A DNA stretch of 32,000 nucleotides from Rhodobacter capsulatus SB 1003 (GCF_000021865.1 NC_014034.1:3540001-3572000); one strand, 5' to 3'; positions 11,906-19,648 are shown, counted from the stretch's first letter. Notes: a model not told the origin generated them from the sequence alone. A program made the numbers and translations.

Positions 11906-12253
11906 TCAGTGCAGCAGGCCCGGCCCGGCGGTGATCTCGGCGGCGGCGCGCAAGGGGGCGGCCGGGTCCGGGTCAAGCAGCGCCGCCACCGGCACCTCGG
12001 GGGCGACATCGCCCCAAAGCCGGGCGCCCGCGGGCGTGGCCCACCAGACCACCGGGCAAAGCCTTGTGCCGCAACACAGGCTGGCGGAGCCGCTGATGTC
12101 GAAATCCGCCCCCACCGGCGCCAGCGCAAGCGCCTGGCACAGCCGGTTCAGAAAGACGAGGCCGGGGCGGCAGGGCGCATCGGCATGGCGGCAGGTGCTG
12201 CAGCCCAGCACCCGATAGGGGGACAGGCCGGGCGGGGATCCTCCGTCAGCCAT
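11906..12253 (-). CDS. DUF1636-like small Cys-rich (predicted metal-binding/ferredoxin-like) protein
   Basis: 115 aa starting MADGGSPPGL..., with CSTC and LCCGTRLCP cysteine clusters, as in DUF1636 proteins found in cob clusters. It is the first gene after the riboswitch. The longer track ORF would run through the riboswitch. Confidence 0.6.
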   Translation of the reverse strand: MADGGSPPGLSPYRVLGCSTCRHADAPCRPGLVFLNRLCQALALAPVGADFDISGSASLCCGTRLCPVVWWATPAGARLWGDVAPEVPVAALLDPDPAAPLRAAAEITAGPGLLH

Positions 12254-12437
12254 GGCGAAGCCCCCCGGGCAACGGACGGCGCCGATGCGCCGGAAAAGGG
12301 CCGCGCCGGGCCCCGGGGAAGGTCTTGTCTTTCGGCACCATACCGTTCCTTTGGCAGTGGGCCGGAAAGCGGTAAGGGGACAGGCCCCGGACAGACCGGG
12401 GCACCCTGCCTCCGGGCCCGCCGCCCGGGATGGTTTC

Positions 12438-12590
12438 GGCCTGGCAGGTCTCCTGGCTTGCGGCTCGAACGCCCCTTGCGCCTTCCCGATCCTGCGATCA
12501 GTGGCCGTGCTCGGGGCTTGCCGCTTACAGTTGCGGGGGCAGCGCCGGACTTGCACCGGCTTCCCTCTTCGTCCGCGGGATCAGCCGCGG
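12438..12590 (-). promoter_or_regulatory. cobalamin riboswitch upstream of DUF1636-cobQ-cobQ
   Basis: Minus strand reads GAGGGAAGCCGGTGCAAGTCCGGCGCTGCCCCCGCAACTGTAAGCGG...GGCCACTGATCGCAGGATCGGGAAGGCG...GCAAGCCAGGAGACCTGCC, with a consensus B12 box. Confidence 0.92.
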
Positions 12591-12724
12591 AACCAAGGCC
12601 CGGGCAAGATGACCCCACGCCGCGCCACTGTCAACGGTCCGCGACGAAAGCCGCCTGCGGCGAAAACCGCGGACGACGGAAGCCGATTGACGCGGGCGGC
12701 GGCGGCTGGCACAACCAAGGCGGG

Positions 12725-12892
12725 ATTGGTTCCCCGTTCATGCGGGGATGAAAAGGGAATGCGGTGCGCCGAACGGCAAACCCGCAGCTGCCCCCGCAAC
12801 TGTAAGCGGCGAGCGACGGTCGAAGATGCCACTGGGGATGCCCCGGGAAGGCCGACCCGAGCCCGGACCCGCAAGCCAGGAGACCTGCCACC
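12725..12892 (+). promoter_or_regulatory. cobalamin riboswitch upstream of the DUF4198-like gene
   Basis: AAAAGGGAATGCGGTG...CCCGCAGCTGCCCCCGCAACTGTAAGCGG...ATGCCACTGGGGATGCCCCGGGAAGGCCGAC...GCAAGCCAGGAGACCTGCC. Confidence 0.92.
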
Positions 12893-13043
12893 CCCCGGGC
12901 CAAGGCCCGGTTTCACCGGACGCCGGGGTGCGCGTCTGGCCCCCGGGGCCCGGCTTTCTGCCCGGCCCTCCGGGGCCACATCCCTTCGTCCTTTCGCGTC
13001 TTGCGGCCGGTTGCCCCGGACCGCGCCCCGGAAGGAAACGACC

Positions 13044-13940
13044 ATGTTCTTGCACGGAAACCTGATGGCCGCCGCCCGCGCGCTGCTGTCGATCCCCCGC
13101 CCCGCCACGCCGGGGCTGATGGCGCATCTGCCCGAGACGGGCGGCGTCCTGACCCTTGCCCTCGGCGATCCTTTGGGCGGCGGCGCGGTGCTTGACCTTG
13201 CCGCGCCGCTTGCGGTGTTTCACCAGCACGGCGCCCGCCGCACCGATCTGACCTCCGGGCTGACGGCGGATCTGCTGCAGGGCGCGGGCAATGCCGCGCG
13301 CGCCTGGCGGACCCGGGTCGATCTGTCGGCGCCGGGGCTGCACCGGATCCACGCCGAGGCCCCGGTCGGGCGCGATCCCGAGGGCCGCGGGCTGGTGCAG
13401 CATGCGGCCGCCTGTTTCGTCCTGCGCGGCGCCGCGACCGCCACCCCCGAGCCGCTTGGCCTCGCCGTCGAGATCCTGCCCGACCTGCTCTCGCCCGGGT
13501 TCCTGCCCGGGATGCGGTTTTCGGCGCGGGTGCTGGCGCAGGGGCATCCGCTGACGGCGACGACGGTGCATCTGGAACGGGTCGGGGCGGAACCCGTCGG
13601 CACGCAGGTGCAAGCCCTGCCCGACCACGGGGCGCCGCTCTGGATCGTCGCCGAAACCGACCGCGAGGGCCGGTTCCGGGTCTCGCTGCCCGCGCCCGGG
13701 CTTTGGGCGATCACCGCGACGGGGCCGATCGGCTGGTCCGGGCTGCGGCCGGTGCGACATGTCACCACGCTTTGGCAGCGCTTCGGCAGCCCGGGCCAGG
13801 GCACGGGAAAGGAGAGCGAAGCCCTTGCAATGGCTTGGGAAACCGCCGCCGTCCGGCCCCCTCACCGCGAAGCCGCCGTGCCGGGGGAGGTCGCCCCGGT
13901 GCCGGCGCCCGAACCGCGGCCGCGGGAAAGCACCGCTTGA
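13044..13940 (+). CDS. DUF4198-like protein (family linked to TonB-dependent Ni/Co uptake), function unknown
   Basis: ATG 13044 follows GGAAGGAAA. The pattern LGLAVEILPD...GMRFSARVLAQGHPL...ETDREGRFRVSLPAPGLWAITA matches the Ig-like DUF4198 architecture. The tail is Pro/Glu-rich and the signal peptide is weak. Confidence 0.55.
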   Translation: MFLHGNLMAAARALLSIPRPATPGLMAHLPETGGVLTLALGDPLGGGAVLDLAAPLAVFHQHGARRTDLTSGLTADLLQGAGNAARAWRTRVDLSAPGLHRIHAEAPVGRDPEGRGLVQHAAACFVLRGAATATPEPLGLAVEILPDLLSPGFLPGMRFSARVLAQGHPLTATTVHLERVGAEPVGTQVQALPDHGAPLWIVAETDREGRFRVSLPAPGLWAITATGPIGWSGLRPVRHVTTLWQRFGSPGQGTGKESEALAMAWETAAVRPPHREAAVPGEVAPVPAPEPRPRESTA

Positions 13941-13959
13941 CCTGCGGGGGGATTTCGTC

Positions 13960-14140
13960 TTGGTTGTGTCCCGTCCAAGTTCCGGCCTGCGGGTCGGATT
14001 GAAAGGGAACACGGAACGGCCCCCGGGCCCAGACCGTGGCTGCCCCCGCAACTGTGAGCGGCGAGCGACGTCGACATGCCACTGGGATTTCCCGGGAAGG
14101 CCGACGAAGCGAAGACCCGTGAGCCAGGAGACCTGCTTGG
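13960..14140 (+). promoter_or_regulatory. cobalamin riboswitch upstream of btuB
   Basis: TTGAAAGGGAACACGG...GTGGCTGCCCCCGCAACTGTGAGCGG...ATGCCACTGGGATTTCCCGGGAAGGCCGAC...GTGAGCCAGGAGACCTGC. Confidence 0.92.
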
Positions 14141-14279
14141 ACGATCACCCACCCGGGCGCGAGGGGCGCCACGGGAGCGGTCTGTCCGCAGAGGTGAGCT
14201 GTCGCCGTCTGCGGAAAGCCCAGCTTTTCCGTGACATCTCTCATGCCGGGCCGTCTTGCCCGAACCGAAGGTCTGTCCG

Positions 14280-16130
14280 ATGCCGCCTCTGTCGCGTCTT
14301 GCCCTGCTCTCTGCCGCTTTCGCCTCTGCCGCCGCCCCCGCGCTGGCGCAGGAGGAGATCACCGATCTGGACACGATTTCCGTCACCGCCTCCTCCGAGC
14401 CGGTCAAGCTCAGCCGCACCGGCGCGACCGTCACCGTCGTCACCGCCGAAGAGATCGAAAAGGCGCCGCTCGGCTTTGCCGATTACCTCTCCACCCTGCC
14501 CGGCATCACGCTGAGCGCGAACGGCGGGCTGGGCACCCAGACCTCGCTGCGGGTGCGCGGCCTGCCCGCCTATTACCTGGGCACCCGGATCGACGGCATC
14601 AACGTCACCGATGCCGCGAACCCGCAGGTGTCCTATTCCTTCGGCGGGCTGACCACCGCGGGCCTGTCGCGCATCGAGGTGCTGCGCGGCGCGCAATCGG
14701 CGCTTTACGGCTCAGAGGCGGTGGCGGGGGTGATCGACATCACCAGCTGGCGCCCCGAGACCGAGGGCAGCTCGGGCCAGGTCGCGCTTGAGGCGGGGTC
14801 GCGGGACACCCGCAGCGGCAGCGCCTCGGTCGGGCTGAAGACGGACCGGACCGAACTGGCGCTGACCGCCAGCCGCACCGTGACCGATGGCATCTCGGCC
14901 TATGCGCTGGGCACCGAGAAAGACGGGTTCAACGGCACGCAGATCAACGCCTCTGCCCGCCATGCGCTGACCGAAAGCCTGACGATCGGGGCGGCGGCGC
15001 TCGTGCAGGATACCTCTGTCGCCTTTGACAACACCGGCGCCGATGCCGACAACCGGTCCGACAGCCGCCTGCGCGGCGGGCGGGTCTTTGCGCAATTCGA
15101 CACCGGCGCGGTCTGGCACGAGCTGTCGCTGGCCCGCGCCCGCACCGAACGCGATGTCCACGAATACGGCAGCGACACCCATTTCCTTTCCGACCGCGAC
15201 ACCCTTGCCTATGCCGGTCGCTGGTCGGCGCGGGACACGCTGTCGCTGAACTGGGGCCTTGAACACGGAAAGGACGATTTCTCCGTCGCCTCGTCCTGGT
15301 CCACCACGGCGAACGGCATCCGCACCACCGCCGCCTTTGCCGAGGCGCTCTGGTCGCCGCGCGCCGATCTGGACCTGTCGTTTGCGCTGCGCCACGACGA
15401 TCACAATCTTTTTGGCGGCCATGACAGCGGCCGTCTGGCGCTGGCCTGGCGCCCGGATGCCGACTGGGTCCTGCGCGCCGTCGCCGCCACCGGCTTCCGC
15501 GCCCCCTCGCCCTATGAACTCTGGAGCAGCTACGGCAAGCCGACCTTCCAGCCCGAAACCAGCCGCAGCTTCGAAATCGGCGCCGAGCGGATGCTGGCGG
15601 GCGGCTCGATCTCGGCGACGCTGTTTGACACCCGGGTCGAGGATCAGATCACCTTCGACAGCAACACCTTTACCTATGTGCAGCAGGCCGGGACCACGAA
15701 AAGCAAGGGGATCGAGCTGGCGGGCAAGGCCGCGATCGGGGCGAACTGGTCGCTGTTCGGCGCCTATGCCTATACCGACGTGACGGTGCGGGAGGGCACG
15801 GCCGAACGGCGCGGGGCCCGGTCGCCGCGGCACAATCTGACGCTCGGTGTCGATGGCCGGATCGGCGCGCGGCTCGACGCCCGGTTCAGCGTCACCCATG
15901 TGGCCGGTCTGTGGGATGAATACGTGGATTATTCCAGCTTCCCCTATGCGACGATGCAGCAGAAGATGTCGGATTACACGGTGGCGACGCTGTCGATGTC
16001 CTATGCGCTGACCGAGACCGCCGAGGCCACCCTGCGGGTCGAGAACCTGTTCGACGAAAGCTATCAGACCGCGCGGAACTTCGGTCAGCCGGGACGGTCG
16101 CTTTACCTCGGGGTCCGCACCAAATTCTGA
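14280..16130 (+). CDS. btuB: TonB-dependent outer-membrane cobalamin receptor
   Basis: Signal peptide MPPLSRLALLSAAFASAAAPALA, TonB box DTISVTA, plug and beta-barrel motifs, and a C-terminal ...LYLGVRTKF. The riboswitch lies upstream. ATG 14280 follows GAAGG. Confidence 0.88.
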   Translation: MPPLSRLALLSAAFASAAAPALAQEEITDLDTISVTASSEPVKLSRTGATVTVVTAEEIEKAPLGFADYLSTLPGITLSANGGLGTQTSLRVRGLPAYYLGTRIDGINVTDAANPQVSYSFGGLTTAGLSRIEVLRGAQSALYGSEAVAGVIDITSWRPETEGSSGQVALEAGSRDTRSGSASVGLKTDRTELALTASRTVTDGISAYALGTEKDGFNGTQINASARHALTESLTIGAAALVQDTSVAFDNTGADADNRSDSRLRGGRVFAQFDTGAVWHELSLARARTERDVHEYGSDTHFLSDRDTLAYAGRWSARDTLSLNWGLEHGKDDFSVASSWSTTANGIRTTAAFAEALWSPRADLDLSFALRHDDHNLFGGHDSGRLALAWRPDADWVLRAVAATGFRAPSPYELWSSYGKPTFQPETSRSFEIGAERMLAGGSISATLFDTRVEDQITFDSNTFTYVQQAGTTKSKGIELAGKAAIGANWSLFGAYAYTDVTVREGTAERRGARSPRHNLTLGVDGRIGARLDARFSVTHVAGLWDEYVDYSSFPYATMQQKMSDYTVATLSMSYALTETAEATLRVENLFDESYQTARNFGQPGRSLYLGVRTKF

Positions 16131-16136
16131 CGGTGC

Positions 16137-16167
16137 CGCGCCGGAGGCGGGCCCTCCGGCGCGTTTT
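16137..16167 (+). terminator. intrinsic terminator/attenuator between btuB and btuF
   Basis: An 11-bp stem (16137-16147/16153-16163) with a 5-nt loop, followed by TTTT (16164-16167). Confidence 0.6.
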
Positions 16168-16180
16168 GGAATGGAATGAG

Positions 16181-17038
16181 ATGACGGCGCAGCCAGCCCC
16201 CTTGCCGATCCGCCCGCCCGCCCGGCGGCGCCAGCGCCTTTGGGCCGCGGGGTTGGCGCTGCTCTCGGCGCTGGCGCTGCCCGCTGCGGCGGCGCCCGCC
16301 CGTGTCGTCTCGATCAACCTGTGCACCGATCAGCTGGCGATGATGCTGGCCGCGCCGGGGCAGCTTGTGTCGGTCACCCGTCTGGCCCGCGATCCCGCCG
16401 CCTCGGTGATGGCCGAAGCCGCAAGGGCTTATCCCGCGAACCGCGGTCAGGCCGAAGAGGTCTATCTGCTGCATCCCGATCTGGTGCTGGCCGGGCGTTA
16501 TACCGCGCAGCCGACGGTGGCGATGCTGCGCCGCCTTGGCATTCCGGTGGCGGTCTTCGAGCCCGCCGACAGCTTTGCCGACATGCAGGCCGATATCGCC
16601 CGGATGGGTGCCTTGCTGGGCCGCGAGCCCGAGGCCGCCGCGATGGCCGGCGCTTTCGCCGCAAGGCTGGCGCGGATCCGCGCGGCAAGCCTGCCCGGGC
16701 CGCGGCCGCTCGCCGCCACCTGGTCGGCGCAGGGCTACATGTCGGGCCATCAAAGCCTGGCGGGCGAAATCCTGACCACCGCCGGCTTTGACAGTTTGGC
16801 CGCGCGGATGGGGCGGGCGCAGGGCAGCACCCTGCCGCTCGAGGCGCTGGTTCTGGCCGATCCCGATCTGGTGGTGACCGGGCGGATCGGCCCCGGGTCG
16901 TCGCGCGCCGAGGCACCGCTGACCCATCCGGCCCTGCGCGCGCTGACCGGCCGCCGCGCCGCCGTGGAAGACCGCGACTGGATCTGCGGCCTGCCTTCGG
17001 TTCTCGATGCCACCGAACGGCTTGGGGGAATGAAATGA
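16181..17038 (+). CDS. btuF: periplasmic corrinoid/siderophore-type ABC substrate-binding protein
   Basis: Twin-arginine-like leader ARRRQRLWAAGLALLSALALPAAAA. Cluster-8 (BtuF/FhuD-type) SBP sequence (RVVSINLCTDQL, DLVL). The start was chosen downstream of the terminator hairpin. Confidence 0.75.
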   Translation: MTAQPAPLPIRPPARRRQRLWAAGLALLSALALPAAAAPARVVSINLCTDQLAMMLAAPGQLVSVTRLARDPAASVMAEAARAYPANRGQAEEVYLLHPDLVLAGRYTAQPTVAMLRRLGIPVAVFEPADSFADMQADIARMGALLGREPEAAAMAGAFAARLARIRAASLPGPRPLAATWSAQGYMSGHQSLAGEILTTAGFDSLAARMGRAQGSTLPLEALVLADPDLVVTGRIGPGSSRAEAPLTHPALRALTGRRAAVEDRDWICGLPSVLDATERLGGMK

Positions 17039-18018
17039 CCGAAAGACCGCTGCACATCGGGCTTGGGATGGCGCTGGTCGCGCTGTTTGTCGCCTCGCTG
17101 CTGACCGGCGTGGCCGAGGTGGCGCCGCTGACCGCGCTCAGGGCGCTTCTCACCGGGGGCGAGGGGCCTTTGGGCCTTGTGATGCGGGAAATCCGGCTGC
17201 CGCGGGCGATCCTGGCCGCGATGGTGGGGGCAAGCCTTGGGCTTTCGGGCGCGGCGATGCAGGGGCTGTTGCGCAACCCGATGGCGGAACCCGGGGTGAT
17301 CGGCATTTCCGCCGCGGCGGCGCTGGGGGCGGTGATCGCGCTGCAGACCGGGCTTGCCGCCAGCTTCGCGCTGGCGCTGCCGCTGGCGGCGCTGCTGGGC
17401 GCGCTGATCGGCGTCGGTGCGATCCTGTTTCTGGCCGGGCGCGGCGGCACGCTGGCGCTGATCCTGGCGGGGATCGCGCTTTCGGCGCTGGCCTCGGCGC
17501 TGACCTCGCTGGTGCTCAACCTCTCGCCCAATCCCTTTGCCGCGCAGGATATCGTGTTCTGGATGATGGGGTCGCTGGCCGATTGTTCCTTTACCCATGT
17601 CGCGATCGCCGCGCCCTTCATGGCGGCGGGCGGCCTGCTTCTGGCCCGCACCGGCCGCGGCCTTGACGCGCTGACGCTCGGCGAGGAGGCCGCCGCCTCG
17701 ATGGGCATCGACCTGACCCGGCTGCGGCTGGCGGTGATCCTGGGCACGGCGGCTTCGGTGGGGGCGGCGACGGCGGTGGCGGGGACGGTCGGTTTCGTCG
17801 GCCTTGTCGTGCCGCATCTGCTGCGCCCCCTTGTCGGCGCCAGCCCGGCGCGGCTTTTGCCCGCGGCGGCCTTGGGCGGCGCGGTGCTGGTGCTGATCGC
17901 CGATATCGCGGTGCGCAAGGTGCTGCCGGGGCAGGATCTGAAGCTGGGCGTTCTGATGGCGCTGGTCGGCGCGCCGGTGTTCCTGAACCTGATCTGGCGG
18001 ATGCGAGGCCAGCCATGA
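17035..18018 (+). CDS. btuC: FecCD-family ABC permease
   Basis: Polytopic membrane protein with FecCD/BtuC-like sequence. ATGA overlap with btuF. Confidence 0.85.
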   Translation: MTERPLHIGLGMALVALFVASLLTGVAEVAPLTALRALLTGGEGPLGLVMREIRLPRAILAAMVGASLGLSGAAMQGLLRNPMAEPGVIGISAAAALGAVIALQTGLAASFALALPLAALLGALIGVGAILFLAGRGGTLALILAGIALSALASALTSLVLNLSPNPFAAQDIVFWMMGSLADCSFTHVAIAAPFMAAGGLLLARTGRGLDALTLGEEAAASMGIDLTRLRLAVILGTAASVGAATAVAGTVGFVGLVVPHLLRPLVGASPARLLPAAALGGAVLVLIADIAVRKVLPGQDLKLGVLMALVGAPVFLNLIWRMRGQP

Positions 18019-18749
18019 GCCTGATGCGACTGGACAATCTGACGGTGCAGCGGGGCGGGCGGGTCAGCCTGCATCCGGCCAGCCTGCAGGCGGCCCCGGG
18101 CGAGTTCATCGGCCTGATCGGTCCGAACGGCGCGGGGAAATCGACGCTTCTGCGCGCGGCACTGGGGCTGATCGCGGCGCGGGGCCAATCCTCGCTGGCG
18201 CAGCTGTCGCCGCGCGCCCGCGCCCGCGCCGCCGCCTGGCTGCCGCAGCAGCGCGAGATCGCCTGGGGGCTGCGCGTCGCGGCGCTGGTGGCGCTGGCGC
18301 AAAACGGGCGCGAGGATGCGCCGCAGGTCGCCGCCGCCCTGGCGCGGATGGATGTGACGGCGCTGGCGCAGCGCCCGGCCACGGCGCTTTCGGGCGGCGA
18401 ACAGGCGCGGGTGCTGATCGCCCGGGCGCTGGCGCAGGACACTCCACTTCTCTTGGCCGACGAGCCGATCGCGGGCCTTGACCCGGCGCATCAGATCGCC
18501 TGCATGGCGCTTTTCGCCAGCCTTGCCGCCGAGGGCCGCACGGTGATCGCCTCGGCGCATGATCTGGGGCTGGCGGCGCGGCATTGCACCCGGCTTTGGG
18601 TGCTGCATCAGGGCCGGATCGTTGCCGACGGCCCGCCGCGCGCCGTGCTGACCCCCGCGCTTTTGCGCGAGGTCTTCGCCATCCGCTGCCATCTGGCCGA
18701 GGCCGAGGGCGGGCTGATCGTGCAACCTCTGGCCGGGCTTGCGCCATGA
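18015..18749 (+). CDS. btuD: ABC transporter ATPase
   Basis: Walker A GPNGAGKST, signature LSGGEQ, Walker B LLLADEP. ATGA overlap with btuC. Confidence 0.85.
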   Translation: MSLMRLDNLTVQRGGRVSLHPASLQAAPGEFIGLIGPNGAGKSTLLRAALGLIAARGQSSLAQLSPRARARAAAWLPQQREIAWGLRVAALVALAQNGREDAPQVAAALARMDVTALAQRPATALSGGEQARVLIARALAQDTPLLLADEPIAGLDPAHQIACMALFASLAAEGRTVIASAHDLGLAARHCTRLWVLHQGRIVADGPPRAVLTPALLREVFAIRCHLAEAEGGLIVQPLAGLAP

Positions 18750-19432
18750 CGCCGCTGCAGGTCCGGCTGCAGCCGCCCTGGCTGGTCGTCGATCTGGGGG
18801 CGCCGCTGCAGGTCCTGTCCTTTGCGCCGCACCGGCCCGGTCTGGTCACCGCGCGCCAGATCGTCTGGCGCGAAGTGCGCAACGCCGATCTGCCGCCGGG
18901 GCTGGATGTCGGGCCGTGGTTTGCCGCCGTGCTGGCCGAGCGCGGGCTGCAGGATGCGGTGGCGATGCTGACCTCGCGCGATATCCGTCGCGTCACCCGC
19001 GCCAGCTGCACCGTGGCGGACTGGACGGTGGAGGTGCTGGCAACGGTGGGGCTGGGCAATGCGGAAGCGGTCGGGCACCGCCTGCCGCCGCGCGACCCTG
19101 AGGCCGCGGGCTATGGCACGATCAACCTGGCGCTGCGGATCGCCTCCACCCTGCCCGGCCACGGCCTGACGGTAGCCGCGCAGATCGAGGCGCTGAGCCT
19201 TGTGGCGCAGGCGCGCACGGCGGCGGTGATGGCGGTGGGGCTTGATCTGCCCACCGGCCGCGCCACCGGCACCGGCACCGACTGCATCGCCATCGCCGCA
19301 AGCCCGGGCCGTGAAGCCCATGCCGGGCTGCACACCGCGCTTGGCGAGGCGATCGGCCACGCCGTCCTGCAGGCCGTTGGCTGCGGCGCCCGCGACTGGA
19401 TGGAAGAAAACCGGCGGCCCTGCGCCGGATAG
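18746..19432 (+). CDS. cbiZ: adenosylcobinamide amidohydrolase
   Basis: 228 aa starting MTPLQVRLQPPWLVVDL..., with GTINLAL and TGTGTDCIAIA, typical of CbiZ. ATGA overlap with btuD. The 282-aa track ORF start is rejected. Confidence 0.8.
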   Translation: MTPLQVRLQPPWLVVDLGAPLQVLSFAPHRPGLVTARQIVWREVRNADLPPGLDVGPWFAAVLAERGLQDAVAMLTSRDIRRVTRASCTVADWTVEVLATVGLGNAEAVGHRLPPRDPEAAGYGTINLALRIASTLPGHGLTVAAQIEALSLVAQARTAAVMAVGLDLPTGRATGTGTDCIAIAASPGREAHAGLHTALGEAIGHAVLQAVGCGARDWMEENRRPCAG

Positions 19433-19436
19433 AAAG

Positions 19437-19495
19437 CCGCGCCCGCCCGGCCGGGTCCGGTCCGCGGATCATATATTATAGTCCGGCGGGCGCGG
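19437..19495 (+). terminator. large hairpin 5 nt after the cbiZ stop (possible terminator or insulator)
   Basis: A perfect 11-bp inverted repeat, CCGCGCCCGCC (19437-19447) and GGCGGGCGCGG (19485-19495), encloses a 37-nt loop with an AT-rich core. There is no clear U-tract. Confidence 0.35.
19469..19478. promoter_or_regulatory. BioR-box-like site 1
   Basis: TCATATATTA matches 8 of 10 positions of the alphaproteobacterial BioR palindrome TTATMKATAA, quoted from memory. Confidence 0.3.
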
Positions 19496-19575
19496 AACTT
19501 TCGCCGGAGTTTCCGGCCCAAAAACGTCCAAGCCCCTGAAAACAGGGCAAAGACAGTCGCGGCCCCGCGACCGGA

Positions 19576-19585
19576 TCATAGATAG
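19576..19585. promoter_or_regulatory. BioR-box-like site 2, 64 nt upstream of bioB
   Basis: TCATAGATAG matches 8 of 10 positions of TTATMKATAA. It shares the flanking GGATCATA with site 1. Confidence 0.4.
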
Positions 19586-19648
19586 CTTTCAAAATTGAGG
19601 CCGCGGCGGATTTGCGATCCCCTGACCGCGACAGCCAAGAGGATCGCC

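Noticed and set aside
12254-12437. Possible second aptamer between riboswitch B and the DUF1636 start (strings GCCCACTGCC and GGTGCC)
   Set aside because: It lacks the GGGAA...CCCCGC core and a B12 box. It is better explained as the expression platform, including a CCCCGG-tctgt-CCGGGG hairpin.
12254-12556. N-terminal extension of the DUF1636 ORF; the cobQ copy 2 extension at 11836-12129 is the same kind of case
   Set aside because: The extensions run through the riboswitch or overlap the upstream gene, and they encode low-complexity Arg/Pro sequence. Internal ATGs give family-typical N-termini.
12687-12715. TTGACG-N17-CACAAC as a promoter for riboswitch C
   Set aside because: The -10 element is poor and I cannot score alphaproteobacterial promoters reliably by eye, so I did not annotate it.
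12252-13043. Upstream 264 codons of the 562-aa plus-strand ORF
   Set aside because: This stretch crosses two riboswitch aptamers and the divergent promoter region. The RBS-supported ATG at 13044 gives the DUF4198-like protein.
16374-18725. 783-aa minus-strand ORF. The same issue applies to 166-1809(-), 8531-10312(+), 10864-11934(+), 12738-14051(-), 14712-15899(-), 19589-20671(-), 20398-21576(-), 23907-26588(-), 27449-28807(-), 28823-30007(-) and 29737-30786(-).
   Set aside because: All are antisense shadows of well-supported genes (btuFCD, prpC, cobQ, btuB, the bio genes, the DUF3141 gene, ackA). Their composition is Arg/Pro/Gly-biased and they carry no domain signatures.
19497-19572. Short hairpins (GCCGGAgtttTCCGGC, GCCCTGaaaaCAGGGC, GTCGCGGccCCGCGAC) as a possible sRNA or terminators
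   Set aside because: None is followed by a U-tract on either strand and there is no conserved motif I recognise. They are probably structure in the bio leader or promoter region.
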